Origin: Callorhinchus milii
Taxonomy: Eukaryota
Direction of reading: 5' to 3'
NCBI RefSeq assembly: GCF_018977255.1
Contig: NW_024704743.1
Location: 46,192,001-46,256,000, forward strand
DNA: 64,000 nucleotides
In this document: positions 63,599 through 64,000 of the stretch, in pieces
Position numbering within the stretch: position 1 is the first letter of the stretch
Layout of the letters: every line of letters starts with the position of its first letter
Position numbers and translations under genes: made by a program
Notes under the pieces: generated by a model
What the model saw: the letters and a program-made list of their open reading frames with translations, nothing else
Told to the model about the DNA's origin: nothing
Databases searched by the model: none

Positions 63599-63913
63599 GG
63601 AGTCCTGTAACTCAGTGGTTAGAACACTCGCCTCACAAGCGAGAGACCTGGGTTCAATTCCCAGCCAGGGCAAAAATCTTGGGGAACTTTCCTTACTCCA
63701 CACGCCTGATGATAATCCCTCAAGAAAAAAAAAGCAATAATAAATTGGTCACTTCAATCCACGACTGTTTGTGGGACACTGCTGTGTGCAATTGGCTGCC
63801 GTGTTTTGCCCACAAATATACAGTCAATTCACTATACAGCATATTGTGTGAAGCACTTTGAGACGTCTAGAAGACGTGAAAAGCGCTATATCAAATGCAA
63901 GGATTATTATTAT
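63599..63913 (+). mobile_element. Full-length tRNA-SINE, short subtype (Val-CAC-like head), inserted in a MITE (63410-63962)
   Basis: CTCGC-CTCACAA-GCGAG arm, B box GGTTCAATTCC, L2 tail; MITE arms flank it. Confidence 0.92.
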
Positions 63914-64000
63914 ATTTATTAAAATTATCTTGCAGGCTAAGGCAGGGTGGAATTTTGGGCCAGGGTATCTGTGTTACCATTACATGCTGTGCAACAATAG

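Noticed and set aside
1..64000. CRISPR arrays, operons or other prokaryotic systems
   Set aside because: The sequence is vertebrate retroelement-rich DNA with no regularly spaced repeat-spacer array or gene-dense block.

Overview
A repeat-saturated vertebrate non-coding region, either intergenic or a very large intron. The repeat complement (tRNA-headed Deu-domain SINEs with an L2-type tail, many CR1 and L2 fragments, an LF-SINE-like relic, Harbinger-type MITEs, a Penelope-like terminal piece) points to a cartilaginous fish, probably a holocephalan such as the elephant shark; this is inferred from recalled repeat families, not from a search. I recognise no host protein-coding gene. The long or recognisable ORFs are decayed retroelement or transposase pieces; the longest (395 aa, 22684-23871) is a CR1 ORF2 with an in-frame internal deletion. 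The most notable items are a perfect 28-bp hairpin (34606-34669); a ~214-bp local inverted duplication that copies chimeric repeat junctions (25080-25853); a TSD-flanked Penelope-like insert with a decayed hammerhead core (1731-1837); a Harbinger transposase fossil split by nested insertions; a non-TE ~115-bp dispersed duplication (38415/39459); and four minus-strand exon-like segments whose phases chain into one orphan ORF (speculative). No complete novel system can be established from the sequence alone. Boundaries of decayed repeats are approximate unless TSDs or TIRs are given.
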